Shown here: positions 48,842-60,715 of the stretch, piece after piece
Layout: the number at the start of each line of letters is the position of its first letter
How positions within the stretch are numbered: position 1 is the stretch's first letter
From: Escherichia coli
Lineage (GTDB): Bacteria; Pseudomonadota; Gammaproteobacteria; Enterobacterales; Enterobacteriaceae
NCBI RefSeq assembly: GCF_003334305.1
Contig: NZ_QOWS01000002.1
Length of the DNA: 64,000 nucleotides
Direction: 5' to 3' (one strand)
The notes under the pieces: model-generated
What the model saw: only the letters and a program-made list of their open reading frames with translations
The model's database searches: none
Told to the model about the DNA's origin: nothing
Position numbers and translations under genes: made by a program

Positions 48842-49591
48842 TTAAATGTCAACGACGTGAACGGTGAGTTTACTGTGCTCAAGATGCATCAGATCGCTGG
48901 CGCGTATTTTCGAATCGGTAATCACGCGATTGAATCGCTCAACGGGACCGATGGAGTATGAATGTACAGCACCAAATTTCGAGCTGTCAGTCAGGACTAT
49001 CGCTTCGCACTCTTTTTCCAGCACGGCATTGACCACATCGGTACGCATCATATCGCGACCGGTGAATCCAGTTTCAGGTTGCCAGCCATCAATACCAATA
49101 AATGCTTTGCTGAAATGTACTTGCTGGATGCACTGGCGTGTCAAAGGGCCAACCATACTTTCGCTTTTTTTCTGGTACACGCCACCGAGCAAAATGACTT
49201 CACAAGGCGCGTCTTTCAGCAAATGCGCAATGTAGCTGCTGACTGTGATGATAGTGACATTTTTCTTCTGTTCGCCCAGAGTCCGGGCGAGCAGGGCATT
49301 GCTGCTACCATTTTCGATAAAGATGGTTTCGCCCGGTTGAACCAGTGACGCGGCAAACTCGGCGAGTTCACGCTTCAGCGTATAGTTGCTCATCATACGG
49401 GTTTCGACGTCATCACTATCAAGCGAAACTGCAAAGCCATGTGCACGGCGGAGGTAACTCAGTTTTTCGAGGGTGTTGAGATCCTGGCGAATGGTAACTT
49501 CAGAAACTCCAGTGGCTTTTGCCAGATCGGTTACGCTAACCTGACCCTGGTCAATGACCATCTGTAGAATAGTTTGTTGTCGGGAATTCAT
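48842..49591 (-). CDS. yciT: DeoR-family transcriptional regulator YciT
   Basis: 249 aa ORF with N-terminal HTH and DeoR C-terminal sugar-binding-like domain. Confidence 0.9.
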   Translation of the reverse strand: MNSRQQTILQMVIDQGQVSVTDLAKATGVSEVTIRQDLNTLEKLSYLRRAHGFAVSLDSDDVETRMMSNYTLKRELAEFAASLVQPGETIFIENGSSNALLARTLGEQKKNVTIITVSSYIAHLLKDAPCEVILLGGVYQKKSESMVGPLTRQCIQQVHFSKAFIGIDGWQPETGFTGRDMMRTDVVNAVLEKECEAIVLTDSSKFGAVHSYSIGPVERFNRVITDSKIRASDLMHLEHSKLTVHVVDI

Positions 49592-49680
49592 CGCTGTAAT
49601 TCTTATAACGTTATAATACTAAATAAAAAAATACTGACGCGCCGGGCATCCTCAAATAGGAAAACCTGAAGGCACGATTG

Positions 49681-49854
49681 TTAAATCTCCCACGGTGCCT
49701 TCGGGATGTCTGGCGTAGATTCAGCAACCTGGCGCAAGAGTTCTGCTTTAAGTATCTCGAGATTATGGATCGCAGAGTGGTAATCGCCTGCCACAAGGAT
49801 ATCTAACACAATATCAATACGTTCGGCAACGCGCTGGGCATCAAATTCAGACAT
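49681..49854 (-). CDS. yciZ: UPF0509 small protein YciZ
   Basis: ORF trimmed to [57 protein letters not shown] (57 aa). Confidence 0.75.
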
Positions 49855-50000
49855 CAAGGACATCCTTATAGCAAAAGTGGAAAATGAATAATGCAAAAAT
49901 TGCCGCTAAAAGAGAAGTGTTTAACAGCAACGGCTAATTATCATCCAGGAATACGATATATAATGACGGGATATAGCGCTAAGTATATATATTCATCTAC

Positions 50001-51986
50001 TTATGCGCGCTTCAGATAGCGTTTATACCAGCGTTCGAAGGCGACGGCGGGCATCGGTTTGGCAAACAAAAATCCTTGCCGCTCATTGATCCCGTTCTTG
50101 GTTAAAAAAGCATCTTCCTTTGCACTCTCTACACCTTCGGCGATCACCTGAAGATTCAATGCCTGGGCCACAGCGACGATCGCCCGGACCAGTGACTGCG
50201 AGACAGGTTGTTTGTGAATATCTCGAACAAAAACCTGGTCAAGTTTGATGGCATCGATCGGAAAGCGCGCCAGTTGCGAAAGTGAAGAGTAGCCGGTACC
50301 AAAATCATCCAGATGCACTTGCGCACCTAGTTGGCTAAATTGTTGAATAACAGACAGTGCCAGTTCATCATTCTCAATCAGACAACTCTCTGTCAGTTCA
50401 ACATCTATAGGGCAGTATTCAAAATTGAGTTCCTGGAGAACCTGTTTCAGGGCGGTGAAAATGGTTTGATCGGCGAGCTGACGTGCAGAAATATTTACCG
50501 CCACTCGCAGGTTAATACCTTTATCCCGCCACTTCGCCACCTGGCGTACGACATCGAGAATCACCCAACGGCCTAAAGGCACAATTAGCCCTGACTCTTC
50601 GGCGTAGGAAATGAAGTCCAACGGTGGAATCAACCCACGTTCAGGTGACTGCCAACGTACTAGTGCTTCCAGACTGCGCACTTCGCCACGCCAGGTGATT
50701 TTCGGTTGATAGTGAATAACCAACTGATCGTTTTCCAGTGCTTTACGCAAGTTGGTATCCAGCCAGAGATATTCAAATACCCGTTGATTCATTTCTGGGG
50801 TAAAAACGCAAAATTGTCCTCGTCCGCCTTCCTTCGCTGTGTACATTGCTGTGTCGGCGTGACGAATAATAGCCGTGCTGTCTGAACCATGTTCGGGAGA
50901 GAGTGCAATACCTACTGAACAGCTGGTATAAACTTCAATTAAACCAATGCGAAAGGGGAGCCGTAAGCGGGTCAAAATTCGTGATGCCATTGCTTCCAGC
51001 GCGCTTTGTGAGGTGTTGGATGCCAGTACCAGAAACTCATCGCCACCTGGACGCGCCAACACCTGGTCATGTTCGAGACAGCTTAAAATAGCCAATGACA
51101 CGTCGCGTAATAACTGGTCACCAAACAAATGCCCATAGGCGTCGTTGACCTTTTTGAAATTATCCAAATCAAGATACACAACCCCAACTTTATTGTTATC
51201 TGCATGATTAATAGCGTGATCGATTAAATCCTGCATTGCGTTACGATTCGGCAGTCCGGTGATACTGTCGGTATTTGCCAGAATACGCAGTCGCTCCTGA
51301 GCGCGGCGCTCTTCGGTAATGTCGGTGCCGGAACAGATTAAAAAAATCTCGTTTTTGCCACTGCCGCTGTGGACAAATTTATTGCGAAACAGAAACAGCC
51401 GCTGGCCTTTACGTGTTGGTATCCACAGTTCGACTTCATATGCATTGCCGCTTCGAAAAAATACACGGTTATTGCGCCTGGATGCCGCAGCTTCACGACG
51501 GCTCATAAACAGTTTAAACACGCTTTGGCCAATGACGTCGTGTTCTTTCAACCCAGTGTAATCTTCACATAACCGATTGAAGCGTTGGATATTCCCCCGG
51601 CTGTCGAGAATCACTATTGCGGAATGTGCTTCAGAAACTACCTGCTCAGCAAAGGAAAGCCCGTGTGATAAATCACGAGCAACCGCCGGTGTGTCATGCC
51701 ATGCAGACGCGTTGCCAGCCCATTCCCGTTTATTGATTTTTCGTCCTACCAGATGCACAGAAAGATCGCTTTCATCGACGGTCAGACTCATCATCAGGCT
51801 GGAGGTGATGACCGTCATTTCCCTGATGCGAGCAGCCTGTTCGGCAGATAACTGCAATGTACGATCAGGTTCTGTGGTTTCGGTGGTAGAAAAGCGCAAA
51901 ACATCGCTGCTTTCCGTCAACCGCCAGTATGGATTGTGCGATCCGAGAAAGTTGTACAACGTTGTGGACTCCCTAACGGTTTTCAT
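50001..51986 (-). CDS. pdeR: c-di-GMP phosphodiesterase PdeR (PAS-GGDEF-EAL)
   Basis: 661 aa ORF with PAS region, GGDEF-type domain (GGDEF) and EAL domain (EALVRW). Confidence 0.93.
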   Translation of the reverse strand: MKTVRESTTLYNFLGSHNPYWRLTESSDVLRFSTTETTEPDRTLQLSAEQAARIREMTVITSSLMMSLTVDESDLSVHLVGRKINKREWAGNASAWHDTPAVARDLSHGLSFAEQVVSEAHSAIVILDSRGNIQRFNRLCEDYTGLKEHDVIGQSVFKLFMSRREAAASRRNNRVFFRSGNAYEVELWIPTRKGQRLFLFRNKFVHSGSGKNEIFLICSGTDITEERRAQERLRILANTDSITGLPNRNAMQDLIDHAINHADNNKVGVVYLDLDNFKKVNDAYGHLFGDQLLRDVSLAILSCLEHDQVLARPGGDEFLVLASNTSQSALEAMASRILTRLRLPFRIGLIEVYTSCSVGIALSPEHGSDSTAIIRHADTAMYTAKEGGRGQFCVFTPEMNQRVFEYLWLDTNLRKALENDQLVIHYQPKITWRGEVRSLEALVRWQSPERGLIPPLDFISYAEESGLIVPLGRWVILDVVRQVAKWRDKGINLRVAVNISARQLADQTIFTALKQVLQELNFEYCPIDVELTESCLIENDELALSVIQQFSQLGAQVHLDDFGTGYSSLSQLARFPIDAIKLDQVFVRDIHKQPVSQSLVRAIVAVAQALNLQVIAEGVESAKEDAFLTKNGINERQGFLFAKPMPAVAFERWYKRYLKRA

Positions 51987-52185
51987 GATGCATATCCTCC
52001 GGTTAACAGCGGAGTCCGCGGTTAAATAAAAGGAACAACATGACTTACATGAAATTAACGGCGGCTAAACGCATTGTTTTTTTTATATATTTATTTGTAA
52101 TCCAGTTTTGGAAAAACGCCAGTTTTCAAACGAAAGTCAGTTAAAAAATCTGCCTGGATATAACGAAGGTAGAGCGGGGAAATAA

Positions 52186-52215
52186 ACGGCCCATCCATGA
52201 GGAATGGGCCGTGAA
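52186..52215 (-). terminator. Rho-independent terminator of rnb
   Basis: Minus-strand hairpin acggcccau...augggccgu followed by uuauuu, directly 3' of the rnb stop. Confidence 0.7.
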
Positions 52216-52221
52216 AGGAGA

Positions 52222-54156
52222 TTACGCGACCGGGCGCGCAATAATGCTGCGGGTTTCCATGCGGACTTCGGCAATGGTGACGTCAATAACGTCAGTTACT
52301 TTGTAAACCGTTTCACCTTTAATTTGTACAGTGCCGTTTTCCTGGCTGCAAACCAGTTCATCGCGCATAGCGTGTAAGAAAGGTGCCGGAATAAAGGCGA
52401 TAGCGCCGTTATCAACCAAACGCACACGCATGCCGCCACGGCTGATATCGACAATTTCCGCCGCGAAACGGGTGTCGGTCCCGGCTTTGTCTTTCAGGAA
52501 GCGTGCGTATAACCAGTCGCCAACATCACGTTCTGCCATCCGGTTGAGACGGCGACGCTCGGCCATTTGGACAGTGATTTCATCCTGTGGGCGCGTCGCA
52601 GTTTCGCCTTTGATAACCGCTTTCAGCAGACGGTGGTTGATCATGTCGCCATATTTACGGATCGGCGAAGTCCAGGTGGCGTATGCTTCCAGACCGAGGC
52701 CAAAGTGAGGACCGGGTTCAGTGCTAATTTCAGCAAATGACTGGAAGCGACGAATGCGGCTGTCGAGGAAACCAGTTGGTTGCGCATCCAGTTCACGACG
52801 CAGTTTGCAGAAACCGTCCAGCGTGAGCACTTCTTCGGCATCGACATGCAGACCGTGCGTTTTCAGCAACGCTGCCAGCGCGTCGGCATTCGCCGGATCA
52901 AAGCCCATATGCACGTTATAGATGCCAAAACCGAGCTTATCGCGCAGTACGCGGGCCGCACAAATGTTAGCGGCAATCATCGCTTCTTCGACGATACGGT
53001 TGGCAATGCGACGAGGCTCGGCGACGATATCCAGCACTTCACCTTTTTCACCGAGAATAAAGCGGTAATCCGGGCGATCTTTAAACACCAGTGCGTGGTT
53101 ATGACGCCACTCGCCGCGGCGTTGGCAAATTTGCGCTAGCAAACGGACTTGTTCGGCAATTGCTTCACTTTCAGGCTGCCAGTCACCGGTATTTTCCAGC
53201 CAGTCAGAAACCTGGTCATACACCAGCTTTGCTTTGGATTCGATGGTGGCGGCAAAGAATTCGATATTATCTTCAATGGTGCCATCAGCGGAGAGCGTCA
53301 TGCGGCATGCCAGTACCGGGCGGACTTCATTGGCGCGCAGTGAGCAGAGATCGTCAGAAAGCTCGCGAGGCAGCATAGGGATGTTGAAGCCAGGCAGATA
53401 GTTGGTGAATGCGCGAATTTTCGCGGCTTTGTCCAGCTTGCTGCCTTCAGCAATCCACGCGGTTGGATCGGCAATCGCCACAATCAGCTGAAGTTTGTCA
53501 TCCGGCAACGCCTTAGCGAAAAGGGCGTCATCCATATCTTCTGTGCTGGCACTGTCGATGGTGACAAAATCCAGCGCGGTCAGATCTTCACGAACCAGAC
53601 CTTCATCGAGCATTTCGGTAGCGACGCCGTCTGGTGCTTCTTTTTCCAGATTATGGCGCGCAAGGGTAACCCACCACGGTACAAAGTGGTCGTCACCAAA
53701 AGTGATGTATTGTGTCAGTTCAGCATAGAAAGAACGATCGCCTTTCAGCGGATGACGGCGCATTTCGGCAACCGCCCAGTCGCCTTCTTTAAACTCGTGG
53801 TTCAGGCCACGGGCTGCGCGGCAAGGAATGGCGTCTTTTAAGAGTGGATGATCAGGAACGATGGCCAGACGGTCATTTTTGCCCTGAACTTTACCCACGA
53901 AACGAGTCAGGAACGGTTCAACCAGTTCTTCTGGCTCTGCGGATTCACGTTCTTTTTCACTGTGGATCACCGCGATAATTCGGTCGCCATGCATGACTTT
54001 TTTCATCTGCGGCGGCGGAATGAAATAACTTTTTTGCGCGTCGACTTCCAGGAAGCCAAAGCCTTTTTCTGTGGCTTTTACCACCCCTTCAGCGCGTGGC
54101 GTCTGGGAATGCAGTTGCTGTTTAAGCTGCGCTAGCAGCGGGTTGTCCTGAAACAT
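52222..54156 (-). CDS. rnb: Exoribonuclease II
   Basis: 644 aa [42 protein letters not shown]... with RNB catalytic and S1 domains. Confidence 0.96.
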   Translation of the reverse strand: MFQDNPLLAQLKQQLHSQTPRAEGVVKATEKGFGFLEVDAQKSYFIPPPQMKKVMHGDRIIAVIHSEKERESAEPEELVEPFLTRFVGKVQGKNDRLAIVPDHPLLKDAIPCRAARGLNHEFKEGDWAVAEMRRHPLKGDRSFYAELTQYITFGDDHFVPWWVTLARHNLEKEAPDGVATEMLDEGLVREDLTALDFVTIDSASTEDMDDALFAKALPDDKLQLIVAIADPTAWIAEGSKLDKAAKIRAFTNYLPGFNIPMLPRELSDDLCSLRANEVRPVLACRMTLSADGTIEDNIEFFAATIESKAKLVYDQVSDWLENTGDWQPESEAIAEQVRLLAQICQRRGEWRHNHALVFKDRPDYRFILGEKGEVLDIVAEPRRIANRIVEEAMIAANICAARVLRDKLGFGIYNVHMGFDPANADALAALLKTHGLHVDAEEVLTLDGFCKLRRELDAQPTGFLDSRIRRFQSFAEISTEPGPHFGLGLEAYATWTSPIRKYGDMINHRLLKAVIKGETATRPQDEITVQMAERRRLNRMAERDVGDWLYARFLKDKAGTDTRFAAEIVDISRGGMRVRLVDNGAIAFIPAPFLHAMRDELVCSQENGTVQIKGETVYKVTDVIDVTIAEVRMETRSIIARPVA

Positions 54157-54223
54157 AATTGTCTATTTTGGTGGCCATTAGAGCGGCTGACAGTTTTACG
54201 CGAATCTGTCTGACGCGGCAAGG

Positions 54224-55351
54224 TTAATATGTCTCACCCAACGCGATTTTTAAGCGATTTATCCAGCCACACAGCCCGCTCCATACCAGCAGATTAATAA
54301 TCTGCGTTGATGATTTTTCGTGTTCGAGTAAAGGGCTGAACTGGGCGGCGCTAAAGCGATCGGGTGCTCGGGTCAGCCATTGTATCGCCTGAACGGTAGC
54401 GTGCTCAACAGAATGACGGTCAGCCCATTGGTTAATTTCATTTTCGCCCTTGCGCAGAAGGGGGCTGATTTTTTTATATTCATTTGATGAATCCATACAG
54501 GCGGCAAAACAAGCAGGACTGCCATTTATCCGCGCGCATAACAACGCCGCAAGCTTATTATCCGGCTGTGTATTAACCCGTGTACTGTTTAACAACCTTT
54601 CGAGAAGGGAAAGTGAAATAGGGTGGAGAGAGAGTGTTTCGGCCAGTTGGCAAAGTTCTGCTGTTGAACTTTTTGTGTACTCTTCAGGTAGTTTTTCCAC
54701 CTCATAGCTGCTTCGCCAGCGTATTGATTCATCAGCAAACAGTGACGCGTCGGCGTAGTTTTGTATTTCCAGACCGGGTAACCAGCGTACCGGGTGCCCG
54801 AGATAAGCCTGAAATGTCGCAATGGTCCGCGCCTGAAAGCCAATAAAACCAATGATTTGGTTAATGATCACACAGTCCCCGGCAGTAAGACCGACGTCAT
54901 TCAGATGCTGGCGCGATCGGTTGTCGATAATAGAAGGCGAGCTAGCCAGTTGGCGGGCATATTGCGTGATTTGTGCCAACCTATGATTGCTTTCCCTGGA
55001 GGAATCAGGCCCGGGGAGCGGCGTAAGTCGCGCCGAATAGTAGTTACATAACCGCTGGACGCCGCAAACCTGAGCAACCGTCAGGGCCGTAGACAAGCGT
55101 TCATAAGCGGTGAAGGTCTGTGAACGGGTCACGGTAAGCTGGTCAGGGAACAATTCCACTGCAAGAACGCGCGCAGGGACCAGCCATGAAAGGAAGGGAG
55201 CCAGCGTTTCTTCATCAAGGATCACGTCGAGCAGAAAGGGATCGCTGACCTTTGCGGCTTCCGGGACCAGAGGCAGAACGTCATACTCCGCAGTACTGGA
55301 TTGCGTTTCATGATACCAGTGGCTTTTGCCGGTGATGTGGCGTTGTTCCAT
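54224..55351 (-). CDS. yciW: CMD-domain putative oxidoreductase YciW
   Basis: ORF trimmed to [19 protein letters not shown]... (375 aa); start choice uncertain. Confidence 0.8.
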   Translation of the reverse strand: MEQRHITGKSHWYHETQSSTAEYDVLPLVPEAAKVSDPFLLDVILDEETLAPFLSWLVPARVLAVELFPDQLTVTRSQTFTAYERLSTALTVAQVCGVQRLCNYYSARLTPLPGPDSSRESNHRLAQITQYARQLASSPSIIDNRSRQHLNDVGLTAGDCVIINQIIGFIGFQARTIATFQAYLGHPVRWLPGLEIQNYADASLFADESIRWRSSYEVEKLPEEYTKSSTAELCQLAETLSLHPISLSLLERLLNSTRVNTQPDNKLAALLCARINGSPACFAACMDSSNEYKKISPLLRKGENEINQWADRHSVEHATVQAIQWLTRAPDRFSAAQFSPLLEHEKSSTQIINLLVWSGLCGWINRLKIALGETY

Positions 55352-55495
55352 GGGCGCTCCTTGGTCGTAAAGGAAATCGTTATCCTGACGCAAGGCGGGA
55401 AGGGGAGAAAGACGGATCGGCGATAACAAATATCAGAAAGGTATAACAGAGATAACGGGCGGCAGAACGCCGCCCAATATTTACCAACAGAATGA

Positions 55496-56284
55496 TTATT
55501 TCAATTCGAGTTCGTTCATTGCAGCGATGCTGAAACCGCCGTCAACGTGGACCACTTCACCGGAGATACCGGCAGAGAGATCGGAGCACAGGAATGCCGC
55601 GGAGTTACCCACATCTTCAATAGTAACGGTACGGCGAATCGGGGTAACGGCTTCGCAATGAGCCAGCATTTTGCGGAAGTCTTTGATACCGGAGGCCGCC
55701 AGAGTACGGATCGGACCAGCAGAGATGGCGTTAACACGCACACCTTCCGGACCCATCGCGTTCGCCATATAGCGCACGTTCGCTTCCAGAGACGCTTTTG
55801 CCAGACCCATAACGTTGTAGTTCGGGATAGCGCGCTCAGCGCCAAGGTAGGAAAGGGTCAGCAGGGCAGAACCCGGATTCAGCATGGAGCGGCAAGCTTT
55901 TGCCATTGCAACGAAGCTGTAGGAGCTGATGTCGTGGGCAATTTTGAAGCCTTCACGGGTAACGGCGTTAACATAGTCACCATCCAGCTGATCGCCAGGT
56001 GCAAAACCAATAGAGTGTACGAAACCGTCAAATTTCGGCCAAACTTTCCCCAGTTCAGCGAACATGGTGTCGATGCTGGCATCTTCTGCAACATCGCACT
56101 GCAGAACGATGTCAGAACCCAATTGAGCGGCAAATTCTTCTACGCGGCCTTTCAGTTTGTCGTTCTGGTAGGTGAATGCCAGTTCAGCTCCTTCGCGGTG
56201 CATCGCCTGAGCGATACCGTAGGCGATGGATAGTTTGCTGGCAACACCGGTTACCAGAATGCGCTTACCGGAAAGAAAACCCAT
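55496..56284 (-). CDS. fabI: Enoyl-[acyl-carrier-protein] reductase (NADH)
   Basis: 262 aa [59 protein letters not shown]... Confidence 0.97.
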
Positions 56285-56439
56285 AGCTTTAATCCTTATT
56301 GTTGATGCTTGTTGTGCCTGAAAATCAGGCGATTCGTCGTTTTAGTAAACAGTACGAACAGATAAACGGTTATTATAATCAACCTGGCTGTGAGTAGCTA
56401 TAGTTGCCAGGTCCGACCGGAGCAGGCTGCGGCAGGGTG

Positions 56440-56670
56440 GGCGTTTTTCCCCTCACCCTAACCCTCTCCCCAGAGGGGCGAGGGGACCGTATTGTGCAAA
56501 TATTGTTACCCCAGCAACAAACAGGCTCATACAGCCCCTAACCCTTTCATGGCGATGGCTGGGACGGTTCAGACCTTGCCGAATATTCTCCAGCACCGTC
56601 TCCATGTTTTCACCACAACAGCTATTCGGCTCGGTCTGCCCCCTCGCTCTTTCAGGGAGAGGGTGACCGG
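56440..56670. repeat. Composite intergenic repeat: inverted C-rich/G-rich element pair plus a degenerate direct copy of the ycjD 3' end
   Basis: gaatattctccagcaccgtctcc occurs at about 56581 and again at about 56687 inside ycjD; cctcaccctaaccctctccccagaggggcgagggg (about 56450-56495) resembles the reverse complement of ggtcaccctctccctgaaagagcgaggggg at the ycjD 3' end (about 56633-56670). Confidence 0.6.
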
Positions 56671-57005
56671 CGGTTCAGTTCCTGCAGAATATTCTCCAGC
56701 ACCGTCTCCTCATTACAATCAATCTCGTTATTCCAGAAACGCAGCACGGTCCAGCCCTGCGACTCAAGCCAGCTAGTGCGCCTGGAATCATAGGCAACTG
56801 CTAAATCATGCTGCCCACCATCCAGCTCAACGACTACACGCGCCGAGCAGCAAGCAAAATCGAGAATGTAGCTCCCCACTGGATGTTGACGGCGAAATTT
56901 GAAATCACTAAAACGTCGGCTGCGAAGATATCGCCAGAGCTTTCGTTCCTGCAAAGTGAGATTGCGTCTTAAATCACGCGCATTTGATTTAATTTTATCT
57001 ATCAC
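56652..57005 (-). CDS. ycjD: DUF559 (Vsr-like endonuclease fold) protein YcjD
   Basis: 117 aa ORF with GTG start, MIDKIKSNARDLRRNLTLQERKLWRYLRSRRFSDFKFRRQHPVGSYILDFACC... Confidence 0.88.
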   Translation of the reverse strand: MIDKIKSNARDLRRNLTLQERKLWRYLRSRRFSDFKFRRQHPVGSYILDFACCSARVVVELDGGQHDLAVAYDSRRTSWLESQGWTVLRFWNNEIDCNEETVLENILQELNRRSPSP

Positions 57006-57046
57006 CTCATTCTGACAAGATTTAATCTTTTGTCAGAATGAGGTGA
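57002..57046. repeat. 17 bp perfect inverted repeat (candidate sap operon terminator; left arm covers the ycjD start codon)
   Basis: tcacctcattctgacaa - gatttaatctt - ttgtcagaatgaggtga, between the sapF stop and the ycjD start. Confidence 0.7.
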
Positions 57047-57072
57047 ATAATCTGGAAGGAGGATTCAGAAAA

Positions 57073-57879
57073 TTAGCGATCTTTACGCCACGCATCCGCC
57101 GTCAATGCCTCGCCAAAATGACCGGCAATCAGCCGTTTGGTGAGTTCATGCAGCGGCGATGCCAGCACATCCGCGGTGCTGCCTCGCTCGACAACCTCGC
57201 CCTGATGCATCACCAGCACCTGGTCGCTAATGTGCTTCATCATTCCGATATGCTGGGTAACATAAATATACGAAATGCCCTGTTTTTCCTGTAACTCCAG
57301 CATCAGATTAATCAACTGCGAACGCATCGACATATCCAGTGAAGCGAGGGCTTCATCGGCAATAATGACTTTTGGGCGCAATATCAGCGCGCGCGCCAGA
57401 CCCAGACGCTGTTTTTGTCCGGGTGCCAACATATGCGGATAGTAACTGACGTGATCCGGTAGCAGCCCAACCATACGCATCGTTTCAATAATCTGTTTGC
57501 GACGCTGTTCCGGTTCCAGGTCGGTGTTCAGGCGCAGTGGAAAATCCAGAATTTGCGAGATACGTTGACGGGGATTCAACGAGGTCGAAGGATCCTGAAA
57601 AATCATGCGAATACGCTGACTGCGGAAGGAATAATCGCCAAAATGCAGTGGATGATCGTCAATCAATAACTCGCCGCTGGTAGGCTCTATCATTCCCGCC
57701 AGCATTTTTGCCAGCGTGGATTTACCCGAACCATTCTCGCCAATAATCGCCAGTGTCTGGCCTTCACGTAGCGTAAAGCTCAAGGGTTTTACCGCTTCTA
57801 CGGTCTGACGACGAAACCAGCCGGTCCGGTAGCGGAACGTTTTACTTAAATTACGCACTTCAAGCAGCGTTTCGATCAT
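57073..57879 (-). CDS. sapF: Peptide/putrescine ABC transporter ATP-binding protein SapF
   Basis: 268 aa ORF, Walker A GENGSGKST; last gene of the sap cluster. Confidence 0.94.
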   Translation of the reverse strand: MIETLLEVRNLSKTFRYRTGWFRRQTVEAVKPLSFTLREGQTLAIIGENGSGKSTLAKMLAGMIEPTSGELLIDDHPLHFGDYSFRSQRIRMIFQDPSTSLNPRQRISQILDFPLRLNTDLEPEQRRKQIIETMRMVGLLPDHVSYYPHMLAPGQKQRLGLARALILRPKVIIADEALASLDMSMRSQLINLMLELQEKQGISYIYVTQHIGMMKHISDQVLVMHQGEVVERGSTADVLASPLHELTKRLIAGHFGEALTADAWRKDR

Positions 57880-57880
57880 C

Positions 57881-58873
57881 TCACTCTTTCTCCATGTTCA
57901 GCGGGAAATGACAGGCATAGAGATGATTTTTCGCCCCCGTCAAACGTGGCGTCACAATGCATTCTCGTTGTGCATACGGGCAACGTGGCCCCAGACGACA
58001 ACCAATCGGTAACTGTTCCAGCAGTGGGATAGCGCCGGGCAGCGTATTGAGGCGACTTTTATGCGGCATCGCGCTGCCGAAGTCTGGTATCGCGCGGATC
58101 AGCGCCTGGGTATAAGGATGATGTGGCATCGTCACCAACTCCTTACTCGGCGCGGTTTCCACTGTTTGACCGCAGTAAAGCACGTTAATTTTATCCGCCC
58201 ATTGGCTAAGCATTTGTAAGTCATGGCTGATAAGCAAAATAGTGGTATTGCTGTTTTGGTTGAGACGCGTCAGCAGGCGAAAGATTTGCGCCTGGGTTGT
58301 TGGCTCCATTGAGTTGGTCGGTTCGTCAGCAATCAGCAGACGCGGTTGATTCGCCAGTGCAATGGCTATCATCACTTTCTGACATTCACCTTCGGTCAAC
58401 TCATAGGGAAAACTGCGCATCGCATCTTTGTGATCTTTAATCCCCACGCGGTGCAGCAGTTCAATGGCACGGCGTTTGCGCCAGCCAAAACGCTGCCACC
58501 AACGGCCTTTATAGGTCCAGGCTGGGATGTTTTGCATCAACTGGCGACCCACACGTTCTGAAGGGTCAAGACACGACTGCGGTTCCTGGAAAATCATCGA
58601 CACGTTATGGCCAACCAGTTTGCGCCGTTCGCGTGCGGAGAGACGCAGCAAATCGATATCATCAAAACGCATACGGTCAGCAGTAACACGCCAGTTATCT
58701 TTATTCACCCCACAAATCGCTTTCGCAATCAAACTCTTGCCGGAACCGGATTCACCAACAAGACCGCGGATTTCACCTTCGGTTAAGGTCATACTTACCC
58801 GGTCGACGGCTTTAACCCACTCATCACCGGTTTTAAATTCAATGGTCAGGTTACGAATATCGAGTAATGGCAT
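57881..58873 (-). CDS. sapD: ABC transporter ATP-binding protein SapD
   Basis: 330 aa ORF, Walker A GESGSGKS. Confidence 0.94.
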
Positions 58874-59763
58874 TATTCCACCCCCGCAATAATCGCACGA
58901 CGAACGCCATCGCCAAGGAGGTTAACCAACAACACGCTAATCATAATTGCCGCACCTGGCAGCATGACAGTCCACGGGGCGACATAAATCAGTTCCAGCG
59001 CATCACCGAGCATCGCTCCCCATTCAGGCGAGGGGAGTTGTGCGCCGAGATCGAGAAAGCCCAGCGCGGCGATATCGAGAATTGCCATCGACAGTGCGCG
59101 GGTGATCTCGGTGACCAGCCCGGCGGTGATGTTTGGCATCACAGCAAACCAGAGAATATTCAGCGTTGATGCGCCATCCAGACGGGCGGCGATAACGTAC
59201 TCTTTTTCCAGTTCGTCATGCACCATGCTGTAAATCGAACGTACCATACGCGGCAGCAATGCCAGCCAGACAGCAAACATAGCGTGGGACAAACTCGGTC
59301 CGGCAAACGCTACAACGATAATTGCCAGCAGCAGCGAAGGGATCGCCAGTAAGGTATCCAGAATATGGTTAAGCACCGCTGAGCGTAGGCCGTGCGTCGC
59401 CCCGGCGAAGGTGCCCAGTACCAGGCCACAGATCGTCGCGGCAAGCGTCACCACAAATGCGCCACCCACGGTTGGCGCAGCTCCGCTCAGTAAACGGCTT
59501 AAAACATCGCGTCCGAGGTCGTCAGTCCCCAGGAAGAAAGAAACTTCGCCATAGCGCGACCATGACGGCGGCAATAATTGGTAACCGAGAAATTGCTGGT
59601 CGATGCCGTAAGGCGCAAACCAGCCGCCAAAAATACACAGTACAGCCAGCCCCGCGCAGCCGTACAGGCCGACCATCGCAGAGGCGTCACTATAAAATTT
59701 GCGCCAGGCGGTACGCAGCGTGCCCGGCGGGCGCTTTTCGCTGTATACGCTATCGTAAGGCAT
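58873..59763 (-). CDS. sapC: ABC transporter permease SapC
   Basis: 296 aa multi-TM ORF; 1 nt overlap with sapD. Confidence 0.93.
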
Positions 59764-60715
59764 ACCATTCCTTATGTTTCAGAGGGTTAGCCATGGCACC
59801 CAAAATATCAGAAATCACGTTAACAATAATGACCAGTGAGCCACACACCATCACTCCGGCGGAAATGGCTGCGTAATCCTGCTGGCGGATGGCGTTAATT
59901 AACCAGCGCCCTAAACCCGGCCAGCTAAAAACCATTTCGGTGATCATCGCCAGCGTCAGCATGGTGGAAAACTGTAAGCCCAGGCGAGGAATAACCGGCG
60001 GTAACGCGTTATGCAGAACGTGGCGACGCAAAATAGTAAAGCGCGACAAACCGCGGGTAGCCGCCGCTTTAACATAGTTCTGGTCATACACTTCGATAGT
60101 GCTGATACGCATCAGTCGGATCACTTCAGTTGTTGGCGCAACCGACAGGGTGATCACGGGCAATATCATATGGCGGATTGCGCTCATGATCATTTCATCC
60201 CGCCATGGTGAGTCCGAAAGCCAGGCATCAATCAACGCAAACCCGGTAATCGGTTTCACTTCGTAGAGCAGATCGAAACGCCCTGAAACGGGCAACCAAC
60301 CTAGCGTGAGTGAACAAAACAGCGTCAACAGAAGCGCCAGCCAGAACACCGGGATTGAAAAGCCCAGCAAGGCGATGGCGTTGATCAAGTTATCCTGCCA
60401 CTTATGGCGCGTAATCCCGGCAATCATCCCCACGGGGATGCCAACAATCAGCGCAAAACCGAAGGCGAGGATGCACAGTTCCATCGTCGCAGGGAAGACC
60501 TCTTTTAACTGTTCGGCAATCGGTTGACCGTTAATGCTGGAAACACCAAAATCCCAGTGGATCAGGCCGTTAAACCAGAACACCCAGGCATTCCACAGTG
60601 ACGCGCCTTGTAACGGCGCGTGTGGAGTGAAATAGCTCAAACTGAAGCCAACGAAGGTCAGCAGGAACAAGGTGACAATCAATAACAAAATGCGGCGTAA
60701 GGTGAAGATAATCAT
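59750..60715 (-). CDS. sapB: ABC transporter permease SapB
   Basis: 321 aa multi-TM ORF; overlaps sapC by 14 nt and sapA by 4 nt. Confidence 0.93.

Noticed and set aside
56492-56776. 94 aa plus-strand ORF spanning the fabI-ycjD repeat region
   Set aside because: Runs through repeat elements and antisense to the ycjD 3' end; no independent coding support
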